DNA from: Steroidobacteraceae bacterium
GTDB taxonomy: Bacteria; Pseudomonadota; Gammaproteobacteria; Steroidobacterales; Steroidobacteraceae
Length of the DNA stretch: 30,027 bases
Assembly: GCA_049687035.1 (NCBI GenBank)
Contig: JBAVIQ010000184.1
Span: forward strand, 1-30,027
Reading direction: 5' to 3'
Positions 7,817 through 21,640 of this stretch are shown piece after piece; the first letter of the stretch is position 1; every line of letters begins with the position of its first letter. A program made the position numbers and the translations under genes. The notes under the pieces were generated by a model, which did not search any database, was not told the DNA's origin, and saw only the letters and a program-made list of their open reading frames with translations.

Positions 7817-7838
7817 TATTAGAACAATTGTTCTAATA
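7817..7838. promoter_or_regulatory. Perfect 22-bp palindrome TATTAGAACAATTGTTCTAATA, probable TetR operator
   Basis: Exact inverted repeat, very AT-rich against a GC-rich background, lying between the divergent monooxygenase and tetR genes. Confidence 0.8.
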
Positions 7839-7867
7839 AGGATGCCGGAGCCGGCGCCACGTGTCAA
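7839..7867 (-). promoter_or_regulatory. Sigma70-type promoter for the monooxygenase gene
   Basis: Minus strand: TTGACA (7867-7862), 17-bp spacer, CATCCT (7844-7839), immediately followed by the palindrome. Confidence 0.55.
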
Positions 7868-7922
7868 TCCCCATCGCTCCCCGCGTATACTTTGCGCTGC
7901 AAAACAGCCGGTTCCGGCACCG

Positions 7923-8582
7923 ATGCCAAGCAAGAAGCGCTCGACCGCAGACACACCCGATACGCGCGACCGCATCCTCGAAGCGGCCCTCGCCCTGTTC
8001 AACGCGGACGGCTCGCACGCGGTTTCGACCCGGCACATAGCAGCGCGGCTCGCGATCAGCCCCGGCAACCTCTACTACCACTTTGCCAACAAGGAAGAGA
8101 TCGTCCTCTGCCTGTACGAGCGCATCGAAACGCAACTCGAGGCAATCCTCGCCCCGCGCGCAGGCGAGACGCAGACGTTCGACACGGTGCTGCGGTACCT
8201 CGACGACATCTTCGGGCACCTGTGGGAGTTCCGGTTCTTCTACTGTGACGTCAACTCGCTGCTGCGGGACGTGCCTGGCCTGAAGGAGCGCTATCGCGAC
8301 CTGGCCGAGCGGGTGCGCGTCCGTTCGCGTGCGATCTTCGACTCGATGGTGGCTGCCGGCTGGATGGACGCTACGCCCGACCAGCTGGATCTGCTCACGA
8401 CCAACGCGTGGATCGTGCTGACACAGTGGTTCACGCACCGGCAGGTCGTCGACCGTCGGCGCACCATCCAGTCGTCCGACATCCGCGAAGGCATCCGCCA
8501 CTTCGTCGCGCTGTTCAGCCCCCTGCTGCGCAGTCCGCAGCGCAAGCTGGTCGAGCGCATGACCGCCAAGCCAGCCGTCTAG
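7923..8582 (+). CDS. TetR/AcrR-family transcriptional regulator (resembles the PhaD-like subgroup)
   Basis: TRDRILEAALALFN...STRHIAARLAISPGNLYYHFANKEEI helix-turn-helix. Start taken at ATG 7923. A TATACT -10-like hexamer lies at 7886-7891. Confidence 0.93.
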   Translation: MPSKKRSTADTPDTRDRILEAALALFNADGSHAVSTRHIAARLAISPGNLYYHFANKEEIVLCLYERIETQLEAILAPRAGETQTFDTVLRYLDDIFGHLWEFRFFYCDVNSLLRDVPGLKERYRDLAERVRVRSRAIFDSMVAAGWMDATPDQLDLLTTNAWIVLTQWFTHRQVVDRRRTIQSSDIREGIRHFVALFSPLLRSPQRKLVERMTAKPAV

Positions 8583-8672
8583 CGTGCTGGTTGGCCGCCG
8601 CTACGTATCGTGCCGGATGCGCGGGCCGCCACTGCACCGGACAATGGACTTGGACCCAGGACGAGCACTGCC

Positions 8673-9674
8673 ATGCCGAGTTTCCGCGCGCGCATCATCA
8701 ACGCCCTCCTCCGCCTGACCGTCAAACCGATGTGGCGGCCGGGACTGGCCATTGACGAGATCCGCCGCCACACCGCGAAAACCGACAGGCGACTGGCGAA
8801 GCGCATCGGTGATTGCCCGACCGAGCAGGTCACGATCGCAGGCGTGCGTGCCACCTGGTACGGCGCGCCGGAACTCGCTGCCCGCAAGGGCACGCTGCTC
8901 TACCTGCATGGCGGCGCATGGTGCGTGCACCTGCCAGCTCTGTACGGCACGTTCGCCGCGAAACTGTCGGCCCTGACCGGACTGCGCGTCCTGCTGGTGG
9001 ACTACCGGCTCGCGCCGGAACATCCGTTCCCCGCGGCCGTGGATGATTGCCTCGCGGCATATCGATCGATGGTGGCAAGCGCAGAAACAAGGCCGCAGGT
9101 CATCGCGGGCGATTCCGCAGGCGGCAACCTCTCGCTGATCACGCTGATGCGGGCGCGTGACGCACAGTTGCCGCTGCCGTGGTGCGCAGTCCTGCTGTCG
9201 CCGGCGACTGACATTGCGCTGGGCGGCCCGTCGATCCGCTACAACGCGAATGCCGATCCGATGTTCAGCGCGGGCGCGAGCGACCTGCTGCCGTCGATGT
9301 ACTGCCCGGATCTCGACCGCACGCACCCACTCGTCTCGCCGCTGTACGGCAACTGGGCCAACCTGCCGCCGTTGTTTTTCATGGCTGGCTCCACCGAGAT
9401 GCTGCTCGACGATTCGGTGCGCGCGCACGATCGCGCACAGCAGGCCGGCACGAACTCGCGCATCGACGTCTGGCCGGACATGCCGCACGTATTTCCGCTG
9501 TTCTCGATGCTGCCGGAAGCGAAGCAAGCGCTCGGCGACATCGTCGCCTTCATCGAGCAACACCTGCCGCGCAACGCGTCGCGCGGGCACGCGGAAGATT
9601 CGCTGACGGCCAGCGATCCATCCGGCGCAGGGCACGTCGCGCTGCCGGTGCCGCAGACCAGCGCAGCGCTCTAG
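8673..9674 (+). CDS. Alpha/beta hydrolase, hormone-sensitive-lipase (family IV) esterase
   Basis: YLHGGAW oxyanion motif, DYRLAPEHPFPAAVDD, GDSAGG nucleophile elbow, and His in MPHVF. Start taken at ATG 8673. Confidence 0.92.
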   Translation: MPSFRARIINALLRLTVKPMWRPGLAIDEIRRHTAKTDRRLAKRIGDCPTEQVTIAGVRATWYGAPELAARKGTLLYLHGGAWCVHLPALYGTFAAKLSALTGLRVLLVDYRLAPEHPFPAAVDDCLAAYRSMVASAETRPQVIAGDSAGGNLSLITLMRARDAQLPLPWCAVLLSPATDIALGGPSIRYNANADPMFSAGASDLLPSMYCPDLDRTHPLVSPLYGNWANLPPLFFMAGSTEMLLDDSVRAHDRAQQAGTNSRIDVWPDMPHVFPLFSMLPEAKQALGDIVAFIEQHLPRNASRGHAEDSLTASDPSGAGHVALPVPQTSAAL

Positions 9675-10600
9675 TTCAGTCCGCGCTCACCAAGGAACCG
9701 TGCGACCACAGCGAGTGCGCGGTCGGCATCCGCAAGCACGCCCGCGTTGACCTGGAACACGTGCCAGCGGCGCGGGTATTCCTGCAACTCGACCGGCACA
9801 CCTGCGGCAGCGAGAGCCGACTGCAGGCGCCGCGCGTCGGGCAACAGCAGTTCATCCTGCCCCACCTGCACCAGCATCGGCGGCAGTCCACGCAGGTCGC
9901 CGTTGATCGGCGAAGCCAGCGGATCGTTACTGTCGCGGCCGCCGAGGTACAGTCGCGCGCATTCTGCAGTCCACGCGCGTGACAGCATCGTCTCGCCCGC
10001 GGGTTCGACGCCCCGGTCTGGGGTGCCGAGATCGACCCAGGGTGAGAACAGCACGAGCGCTGCGGGCAACGGTTCACCAAGTTCGCGCAATCGCAGCGCC
10101 GTCGCAAGCGCGAGGCCACCGCCGGCTGAATCGCCGATGATCGCGATCCGTTGAGGCGAGCCGCCGTCACGCAGCAGCGCGCGATAGGCTGCGACGGCGT
10201 CGTCGACAGCCGCCGGAAATGGATGCTCCGGCGCGAGCCGGTAGTCCGCGACGAAGACGCGGGCTGACGTGCGGCGCGCTAGGTGACTGGAGATGGCGCG
10301 ATGCGTCGCGGGCGAGCCGACGCAATAGGCACCCCCGTGCAGGTACAGCACTTCGCCTCGAGTGGTCGCGAGGCCGCGGGTCTGTGCGAACTCGCCGGGT
10401 ACGCCACCGCGAGTGGCGGCCGTGAAATCGACGCCGCGCGCCGGGAGCGTCAGCCGCGTGACGAGCGCGAGCCGGCGACGCTGCTCGGCAACTGGTCGCC
10501 CGGCACGGAATGTCGGCAGCAGGGTCGCGCGCAGCACCGTGCGCAGCACTGCGGCCACCAGTCTTTCCAACCGGCTCTCGCCCGGGATCGCTTGCGTCAC
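9671..10600 (-). CDS. Alpha/beta hydrolase, hormone-sensitive-lipase (family IV) esterase
   Basis: YLHGGAY, DYRLAPEHPFPAAVDD, GDSAGGG and WHVF. Its stop overlaps the stop of the convergent paralogue (CTAG). Confidence 0.92.
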   Translation of the reverse strand: MTQAIPGESRLERLVAAVLRTVLRATLLPTFRAGRPVAEQRRRLALVTRLTLPARGVDFTAATRGGVPGEFAQTRGLATTRGEVLYLHGGAYCVGSPATHRAISSHLARRTSARVFVADYRLAPEHPFPAAVDDAVAAYRALLRDGGSPQRIAIIGDSAGGGLALATALRLRELGEPLPAALVLFSPWVDLGTPDRGVEPAGETMLSRAWTAECARLYLGGRDSNDPLASPINGDLRGLPPMLVQVGQDELLLPDARRLQSALAAAGVPVELQEYPRRWHVFQVNAGVLADADRALAVVARFLGERGLN

Positions 10601-10620
10601 GAAAACCTTGGACGGGACAG

Positions 10621-11106
10621 TCAGGAGGTCGTGGTGGACGCCGCTTCCCCGTCGAGCACTTCGATGCGCGCCCGGGCCACGCCCTTGCGCATCATGCCGA
10701 TCTCGGACGCGGCTGCCTGCGACAGGTCTGCGATGCGTTTGCCGACGAACGGGCCGCGGTCGTTGACCCGGACGACCACGCTGCGGCCGTTACGCAGGTT
10801 GGTCACGCGCACCATCGTGCCGAAAGGCAGTCTCGGGTGCGCCATCGTGAACGCACCGGAATCGAATCGCTCGCCGCTTGCGGTCTTGCGGTCCTGGAAC
10901 TGCGCGCCGTACCAGGAGACGACGCCCTCCTGCACGGTGCCGACGCCGCGCTCGATGGCCAGGGCGATGTCGACCACGTCAGTTGACGCCGGCTGCTTGT
11001 CCGCCAGGGCGCTGCCGCCGGGCAAAACGAGGGCGAGCGCCGCCAACGCCACGAGGGCTGTCAGGCTCGGCTTCGCACCCATACGCGCGGTTCGGTGGTG
11101 TGCCAT
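10621..11106 (-). CDS. rlpA: RlpA-family double-psi beta-barrel lytic transglycosylase (DPBB domain only)
   Basis: G..SWYG..F..RKTASGERFD...T.AHPRLPFGT.VRVTNLRNGRSVVVRVNDRGPF...RI.DLS..AA..IG. ATG 11106 is preceded by AAGGAG, and a signal peptide ends in ALA. Confidence 0.9.
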   Translation of the reverse strand: MAHHRTARMGAKPSLTALVALAALALVLPGGSALADKQPASTDVVDIALAIERGVGTVQEGVVSWYGAQFQDRKTASGERFDSGAFTMAHPRLPFGTMVRVTNLRNGRSVVVRVNDRGPFVGKRIADLSQAAASEIGMMRKGVARARIEVLDGEAASTTTS

Positions 11107-11359
11107 GGTTGGGCTCCTTAGCTGTGCAGTCCGGCCGTGTCGGTGTACGGGTCCAGGGGGGCCTCGGTCAAAACGAGGTTGCGGCGCAGTGACACGAATC
11201 ACGTTGTGGGCGCGGCCGGCGCAAAGCCCCCACGAGTGGCTGCGGGGGCGGCCGCCGGTTCGCCTGGATCCGATTGGGACGGAAACGTCGACCCTAAAGT
11301 CCGGCCAAGCTACCAGAGTCGGCCAAGGCTGTTTCCTGGTCGATCTGTTAATCCTTATA

Positions 11360-11372
11360 AATCAACTGGTTA
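11360..11372 (+). promoter_or_regulatory. IHF-binding consensus site
   Basis: AATCAACTGGTTA matches WATCAANNNNTTR exactly and sits in an AT-rich patch upstream of rlpA. Confidence 0.45.
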
Positions 11373-11397
11373 CAAGAGCTTGACTCTGGACCAGGTC

Positions 11398-11697
11398 TCA
11401 GGCCGCGGGCTTGTTGCGGCGCGTGAAGAACCAGATCAAGCCGGCGGCGCACGCGACCGACAGCACGAAACTGAGGGACTGGGGGACGTGCAGCAGTCGG
11501 CCGACCAGGCCGCCCACGAACGAGCCGCCGATGCCATAGCCGATCGTTCGGAGCCAGCTCATGGCATCCGGTCCAGGCAACAGGAAGCGGGCGATGCCGC
11601 CGACAATCAGCCCGCTGATGGCGCCAACCACCACCAGGACCAACAGAAAGACTCCGATTCCGGCTCCAACCGTGCCGGCTGCCGTCGATGCATCCAT
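11398..11697 (-). CDS. GlsB/YeaQ/YmgE-family (transglycosylase-associated) small membrane protein
   Basis: GLIVGGIARFLLPG.D.M.W..TI..GIGGSFVGG motif with 3-4 hydrophobic helices. ATG 11697 is preceded by AAAGGGGA. Confidence 0.85.
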   Translation of the reverse strand: MDASTAAGTVGAGIGVFLLVLVVVGAISGLIVGGIARFLLPGPDAMSWLRTIGYGIGGSFVGGLVGRLLHVPQSLSFVLSVACAAGLIWFFTRRNKPAA

Positions 11698-11963
11698 TTG
11701 AATCCCCTTTGTTTTTGTCTCCCCCGCGCGGCGCACGCTAGCAGCAATGGGCCGCCCCGCGCTACCCCCGTCCAACCACGGCGAAATGGCGTCCGGGCCG
11801 AGACTTAGACCACTTTGTTGCAGTGCATTGACGCAGCCGGAATCACGTGTCATATCAGTCACGTATCCACGACCGTCGACAGGTACAGGAGGGCCGGCTC
11901 CCCGCGAGCTGCGGCCGCTGCTTGCCCCTGAGCGACGTCTGAGAACCACAGGCAGGGCCGACG

Positions 11964-16628
<4,665 letters not shown>

Positions 16629-16641
16629 GCAGAAGACGACG

Positions 16642-18114
16642 ATGGGCAAGCCAACCGGATTCATCGAATACCTGCGTGAACTTCCTGTCGACCGCGCGCC
16701 ACTTGAGCGCATCGGCGACTGGAACGAGTTCCACCCGCACCTGGAGGAGAAGCGTCTCCGCCACCAGGGTGCCCGCTGCATGGACTGCGGCGTGCCGTTC
16801 TGCCACACGGGCAAGCTGATCAGCGGGATGGCCGCCGGCTGCCCGGTCAACAACGTGATTCCCGAGTGGAACGACCTCGTCTACCGCGGGCTCTGGCGCG
16901 AAGCGCTCGACCGCCTGCACATGACGAACAACTTCCCGGAGTTCACCGGACGCGTGTGCCCGGCGCCGTGCGAAGGCTCGTGCGTGCTCGGCATCAACGA
17001 GCCCCCGGTCACGATCAAGAACATCGAGAACGAGATCATCGATCGCGGCTGGGACGAAGGCTGGGTGCTGCCGGAACCGCCGAGCGCGCGCTCCGGCAAG
17101 AAGGTCGCGGTGATCGGCTCGGGCCCGGCCGGGCTCACGGCCGCGCAGCAGCTGAATCGCTCAGGCCACCTGGTCACGGTGCTCGAGCGCGCAGACCGTC
17201 CGGGCGGGTTGCTGATGTACGGCATCCCGAACATGAAGCTCGACAAGAAGGCGGTCGTCGAGCGTCGCATCAAGCTGCTCGAAGCCGAAGGCATCAAGTT
17301 CTTCTGCAACGCGAACGTCGGCGAGAACGTCGAGGCGCAGCTGCTGCTGCGCGATTTCGACGCAACGGTCATCTGCACGGGAGCGACGCAACCGCGTGAC
17401 TTGGCCCTAGAAGGCCGCGACCTGCGTGGCGTGCACCTTGCGATGGAGTACCTCACGGCGAGCACGCGCGCGCTGCTCAATGGCGGCGCCGACCACTCAC
17501 CCGTCCATGCGCGCGGAAAGGACGTCGTCGTCATCGGTGGCGGCGACACCGGCACCGACTGCGTCGGCACGGCACTGCGCCAGGGCTGCAGGAGCGTCAC
17601 GCAGATCGAGATCATGGCGCGGCCGCCGGTCGAGCGCGCCAGCGACAACCCGTGGCCGGAATGGCCCAAGGTCTACAAGATGGACTACGGACAGGAAGAG
17701 GCTGCGGCCAGGTTTGGCGACGACCCGCGCGTCTACCTGACGACGGTCAAGAAGTTCGTGGGCGGCGCCAGCGGCAACCTCGAGTCGATCGTGACGGTCG
17801 AAGTGAAGTGGCAGCGCAACGACAAGGGCGCGCTGGTGCCGGTCGAAGCGCCGGGCACGGAGCAGGTGCGGCCGGCGCAGCTGGCGTTGCTGGCGATGGG
17901 GTTCCTCGGTCCCGAGCAGTCGCTGCTGAAGGACATTGGCGTCGCGTGCGACGCGCGCAGCAACGTCCAGGCCGAGTACGGGCGCTACGCCACGAGCGTG
18001 AAGGGCGTGTTCTCCGCGGGTGACTGCCGACGCGGCCAGTCGCTGGTCGTGTGGGCGATCAACGAGGGTCGCGGGGCGGCCGCGGCGTGCGACAGGTTCC
18101 TGTCGGGCAAGTAG
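16642..18114 (+). CDS. gltD: Glutamate synthase small subunit
   Basis: MGKPTGF start 13 bp after glt[11 protein letters not shown]...[26 protein letters not shown] (FAD), GGGDTGTDC and [17 protein letters not shown]. Confidence 0.97.
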   Translation: MGKPTGFIEYLRELPVDRAPLERIGDWNEFHPHLEEKRLRHQGARCMDCGVPFCHTGKLISGMAAGCPVNNVIPEWNDLVYRGLWREALDRLHMTNNFPEFTGRVCPAPCEGSCVLGINEPPVTIKNIENEIIDRGWDEGWVLPEPPSARSGKKVAVIGSGPAGLTAAQQLNRSGHLVTVLERADRPGGLLMYGIPNMKLDKKAVVERRIKLLEAEGIKFFCNANVGENVEAQLLLRDFDATVICTGATQPRDLALEGRDLRGVHLAMEYLTASTRALLNGGADHSPVHARGKDVVVIGGGDTGTDCVGTALRQGCRSVTQIEIMARPPVERASDNPWPEWPKVYKMDYGQEEAAARFGDDPRVYLTTVKKFVGGASGNLESIVTVEVKWQRNDKGALVPVEAPGTEQVRPAQLALLAMGFLGPEQSLLKDIGVACDARSNVQAEYGRYATSVKGVFSAGDCRRGQSLVVWAINEGRGAAAACDRFLSGK

Positions 18115-18135
18115 TGCAGGCGTCTGAATAACGCA

Positions 18136-18158
18136 GCGATACGGCACAGCCGTAGCGC
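18136..18158. terminator. Short hairpin between convergent gltD and ppk2, possible weak terminator
   Basis: GCG-A-TACGGC aca GCCGTA-G-CGC stem-loop with no U-tract. Confidence 0.25.
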
Positions 18159-18194
18159 CCTAGAATCGTTGAGAGTGCTGGTTTGCCGCGGCGA

Positions 18195-19379
18195 TCAGAC
18201 CATCGCGATCGCGTGCCGCTCGCCGCGCTCGTACACCACGTTGGCCCGTCCGACCAGCAACGGATCGATCGGCCCGATCAGGTCGCTGTCCTTGTTCGTG
18301 TACGGCAGCCGGTGCAGGATGTACCGCATCGAGTTCAGCCGCGCGCGCTTCTTGCAATCCGACTTGATCACGGTCCATGGCGAATCGGCGGTATCGGTGT
18401 AGAAGAACATCGATTCCTTGGCCGTCGTGTATTCGTCCCACTTGTCGAGCGAGGCCAGGTCGATGGGGCTCAGCTTCCAGTGCTTGAGCGGGTGCGACTT
18501 GCGCTCCTTGAAACGACGGCGCTGCTCCTTCCGGCTGACCGAAAACCAGAACTTGATCACGTGGATGCCGCTGCGCACCAGGTTGCGCTCGAACTCCGGG
18601 CATTGCCGCATGAACTCGGCGTACTCGGCGTCCGTGCAGAATCCCATGACCCGCTCGACGCCTGCCCGGTTGTACCAGGAGCGGTCGAACAGGACGATTT
18701 CGCCGGCGGTCGGCAGCTGGGATACATAGCGCTGGAAATACCATTGCCCGCGCTCGACCTCACTCGGCTTCTCCAACGCGACCACGCGGGCGCCGCGGGG
18801 GTTCAGGTGCTCCATGAAGCGCTTGATCGTGCCGCCCTTGCCCGCTGCATCCCGCCCCTCGAACAGGATCACGACCCTGGCGCCGGTCTCCTTGACCCAT
18901 GCCTGCAGTTTCAGCAACTCGACCTGCAGGCGGTACTTGTGCTGCTCGTAGGACTTGCGCGACATCAGGTTGCGATAGGGGTAGGCACCGTCGCGCCACC
19001 CCTCGGAGAGCTCCGAGTCCTCGCTGGCACGGCGCAGTGCACGCGCCTCGTCGCTGCGACGGAGCAGCAGCTTGCGCAGCGAGTCGACGTCGTCCGGCGA
19101 AGCTCCGTCGAGAATCGCCTCCAGTGACTCGCTGGCGGAGGCTGGGCTCTCCTGCAACATACGTTGCATGATGTCGCCGACGGCAAACGCCTTCGACTCG
19201 TGCGCCGCATCGACGGCCTCGCTGACGGAGAATCGCTCGATGCCATCCGCGGTCAGTCGCGGCGCGATGTCACCTTTGGCGGCAGTGCGCGCCACCGTTC
19301 GGGAGGATCGGCTCGATTTCGGGCGCGATGCATGAGTGCGGGGCTTTCCTTGGGTGGGAGTCGGCTTCTTGGGGTTCAT
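18195..19379 (-). CDS. ppk2: Polyphosphate kinase 2
   Basis: FEGRDAAGKGG Walker A, HLNPRG.RVVAL.KP, QWYFQRY, FDRSWYNRAGVERVMGF and WKLSP.D, plus a long N-terminal extension. Confidence 0.96.
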   Translation of the reverse strand: MNPKKPTPTQGKPRTHASRPKSSRSSRTVARTAAKGDIAPRLTADGIERFSVSEAVDAAHESKAFAVGDIMQRMLQESPASASESLEAILDGASPDDVDSLRKLLLRRSDEARALRRASEDSELSEGWRDGAYPYRNLMSRKSYEQHKYRLQVELLKLQAWVKETGARVVILFEGRDAAGKGGTIKRFMEHLNPRGARVVALEKPSEVERGQWYFQRYVSQLPTAGEIVLFDRSWYNRAGVERVMGFCTDAEYAEFMRQCPEFERNLVRSGIHVIKFWFSVSRKEQRRRFKERKSHPLKHWKLSPIDLASLDKWDEYTTAKESMFFYTDTADSPWTVIKSDCKKRARLNSMRYILHRLPYTNKDSDLIGPIDPLLVGRANVVYERGERHAIAMV

Positions 19380-19496
19380 GGCGATGGGCTGGCACGAAAG
19401 AATGACTGAGAACCGTGGCCTTTTAGATTAAACCGCGGGGCCTCTTGCTGCCAACGTGGAATTCGCTGCAGCGGGCAAGCCGCGGACTGCACGCTG

Positions 19497-20861
19497 TCAG
19501 AGCGGAGCGAACTGCGCCGTGAAGTGGCGCAGCTGCGCCGGCTGCCGCTCGATCCGGAATCCGCGCAGCTGCTCGCGCTGCGTGACGATTTCCGCAAATA
19601 CCTCGACGACGTAGTCGGCATGCGACTGCGTGTACACGCGGCGCGGCATCGCCAGGCGCACCAGCTCGGCTTCGGCTGGAACCTCGGTCCCGTCGGGCTT
19701 GAGCCCGAACATCACGGTGCCGATCTCGCACGCCCGGATGCCACCGCGCTCGTACAGGGCGACGGCGAGCGCCTGGCCAGGATATTGCAACGGTGGAATG
19801 TGCGGCAGGAACTGTCTGGCGTCGACGAACACCGCATGCCCGCCGACCGGCTGCACGATCGGGATGCCGAGCGCCATGAGCTTCTCGCCGATGTATTCGT
19901 TGGTGCGGACGCGATAACGCAGGTATTGCTCGTCGACGATCTCGCGCAGCCCGACGGCGATCGCGTCGAGGTCGCGGCCGGCCAGGCCGCCATAGGTGGG
20001 AAACCCTTCGGTCAGGATGAGCCGGTTGCGCGCTGCCGCCGCGAGCGTCTCGTCGTTGAGGGCGAGCCAGCCGCCGATGTTGGCGAACGCATCTTTCTTG
20101 GCGCTCATGGTCATGCCGTCGGCGGCGGCAAACACGTCGCGCACGATGTCGGTGACTGGCCGAGCCGACTGGCCTGCTTCGCGGCACTTGATGAACCAGG
20201 CGTTCTCGGCAAAGCGACAGGCATCGATGAAGAGCAGCTTGCCGTGACGGTGGGCCACCTCGGCGACGGCCCGGACGTTCTCCAGGCTGACGGGCTGGCC
20301 GCCGCCCGCGTTGTTGGTGAGGGTCAACATCACGAGCGGCACGCGCTCCGCCGATCTGGCGAGCAGGGCCTCGAGCCGCGCCACGTCCATGTTGCCCTTG
20401 AAAGGATGCCGGTTGGCCGGGTCGTGCGCTTCGGCGATGACGAGGTCCACTGCTTCGGCACCGGTCGCCTCGATGTTGCCGCGCGTCGTGTCGAAGTGCG
20501 TATTCGATGGCACGATCTTGCCGAGCCCGCCGATGATCGAGAACAGGATCGCTTCCGCCGCGCGCCCCTGGTGTGTCGGGATGATGTGGCGGTACGGCAT
20601 CAACTCGCGCACTGCAGACTCGAAGCGATAGTAGGACGGCGAGCCGGCGTAGGACTCGTCCCCGCGCATGACCGCGGCCCACTGCTCCGCGCTCATGGCG
20701 CTGGTGCCGGAATCGGTCAGCAGGTCGATGATCACGTCGTCGGCGTGGATCGCGAACAGGTTCCAGTGCGCGCGGCGCAGCAGCTCGACGCGCTCGTCCC
20801 GCGTCGTAAGCCGGATCGGCTCGACGGTCTTGATGCGAAAGGGCTCGATGATCGTCTTCAT
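19497..20861 (-). CDS. tnaA: Tryptophanase (beta-eliminating lyase)
   Basis: EPFRIK.VE, DLLTDSGT, THQGR.AE, MSAKKD (PLP Lys) and EGFPTYGGL. FDTT, EIG and LRHFT favour tryptophanase over tyrosine phenol-lyase, which as I recall has FTTT, ERG and LRFFT. Confidence 0.9.
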   Translation of the reverse strand: MKTIIEPFRIKTVEPIRLTTRDERVELLRRAHWNLFAIHADDVIIDLLTDSGTSAMSAEQWAAVMRGDESYAGSPSYYRFESAVRELMPYRHIIPTHQGRAAEAILFSIIGGLGKIVPSNTHFDTTRGNIEATGAEAVDLVIAEAHDPANRHPFKGNMDVARLEALLARSAERVPLVMLTLTNNAGGGQPVSLENVRAVAEVAHRHGKLLFIDACRFAENAWFIKCREAGQSARPVTDIVRDVFAAADGMTMSAKKDAFANIGGWLALNDETLAAAARNRLILTEGFPTYGGLAGRDLDAIAVGLREIVDEQYLRYRVRTNEYIGEKLMALGIPIVQPVGGHAVFVDARQFLPHIPPLQYPGQALAVALYERGGIRACEIGTVMFGLKPDGTEVPAEAELVRLAMPRRVYTQSHADYVVEVFAEIVTQREQLRGFRIERQPAQLRHFTAQFAPL

Positions 20862-20945
20862 GGGTGTCCCGGCCGTCCGGCTAGCCTAGGACACTGCCCA
20901 CCGGCGCGGCCTCCGTGGAATCCGCACCGTGGCCGCTGCAGCGCC

Positions 20946-21539
20946 TCAGGGATTCGCCTCCCGCCGCAACCACCAGACCCCTTTCACGTCTGCGCGCCAT
21001 TGCGGCAACAATGCGAGCAGCCAGAGCTCTTCGGCGCTCGCAAGCAAGCTGGCCGTGGCGGCCAGCCATAGCAGCCAGTTCCAGTGGCCGAACAGGAACA
21101 GGACCCCGATGTAGACGCTGAGCAGGACACCGGCAATCTTCGACAGCACGGTGTGAAAGCTGGACAGCCTGCGATAGCGCAGCCAGGCGAGCACGTTCTC
21201 GAGCATCCAACCCGCCACCACCGCGCCGATCAGCCAGCGATGAGCTGCGAGTACGTCGCGCTGAAATGCGATCAGTCCGGCGAGGCCGGCGCACCAGACG
21301 AGCGAATCTCCAAGCGAATCGAGTCGTGCCCCAAGCTTGGACTGCAGTCCGAGACCCCGGGCGATCCAGCCATCCGCGGCGTCGGTCAGGAGTGCCGGTA
21401 CCAGCACCCACGTGTAGATCGTCTGCTCGCCCGCCGCAGCCATCAGCACGAGAACCGGCGCACACGCGATCCGAACCAGGCTCAGGGCATTTGGCACGTG
21501 CCGCCACGCGGCCGAGTTCGCTGCATCTGAGCAAGTCAT
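20946..21539 (-). CDS. CDP-alcohol phosphatidyltransferase family protein
   Basis: PNALSLVRI and [26 protein letters not shown] (DxxDGxxAR...GxxxDxxxD), with several hydrophobic helices. The start is uncertain. Confidence 0.9.
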   Translation of the reverse strand: MTCSDAANSAAWRHVPNALSLVRIACAPVLVLMAAAGEQTIYTWVLVPALLTDAADGWIARGLGLQSKLGARLDSLGDSLVWCAGLAGLIAFQRDVLAAHRWLIGAVVAGWMLENVLAWLRYRRLSSFHTVLSKIAGVLLSVYIGVLFLFGHWNWLLWLAATASLLASAEELWLLALLPQWRADVKGVWWLRREANP

Positions 21540-21640
21540 GCCGCGAGTTTCGGCCGGGAAGCGTCGCGCGAAATCGGGGACAACCGCAAGCGGCCCCAGT
21601 AATATCGCGCGCGTCCAACCCCCCGACCGAGGCACCTTTT

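Noticed and set aside
11205..11260. GCGCAAAGCC resembling part of a c-di-GMP-I riboswitch
   Set aside because: The upstream GGCAAAC/GNRA stem is absent, and the orientation is opposite to the adjacent rlpA gene.
11819..11856. TGCAGTGCA (TGC-N3-GCA) next to TTGACG-17-CATATC upstream of gltB
   Set aside because: A plausible promoter and regulator site, but the -10 is weak and the 9-bp motif is too short to assign to NtrC, PhaR or any other factor.
19390..19410. TGGCACG sigma54 -24-like element
   Set aside because: There is no TTGC at -12, and it points away from ppk2.
19524..21071. 515-aa plus-strand ORF and similar Arg/Pro-rich off-frame ORFs across the window
   Set aside because: These are shadows of tnaA and other real genes, with composition typical of non-coding frames in GC-rich DNA.
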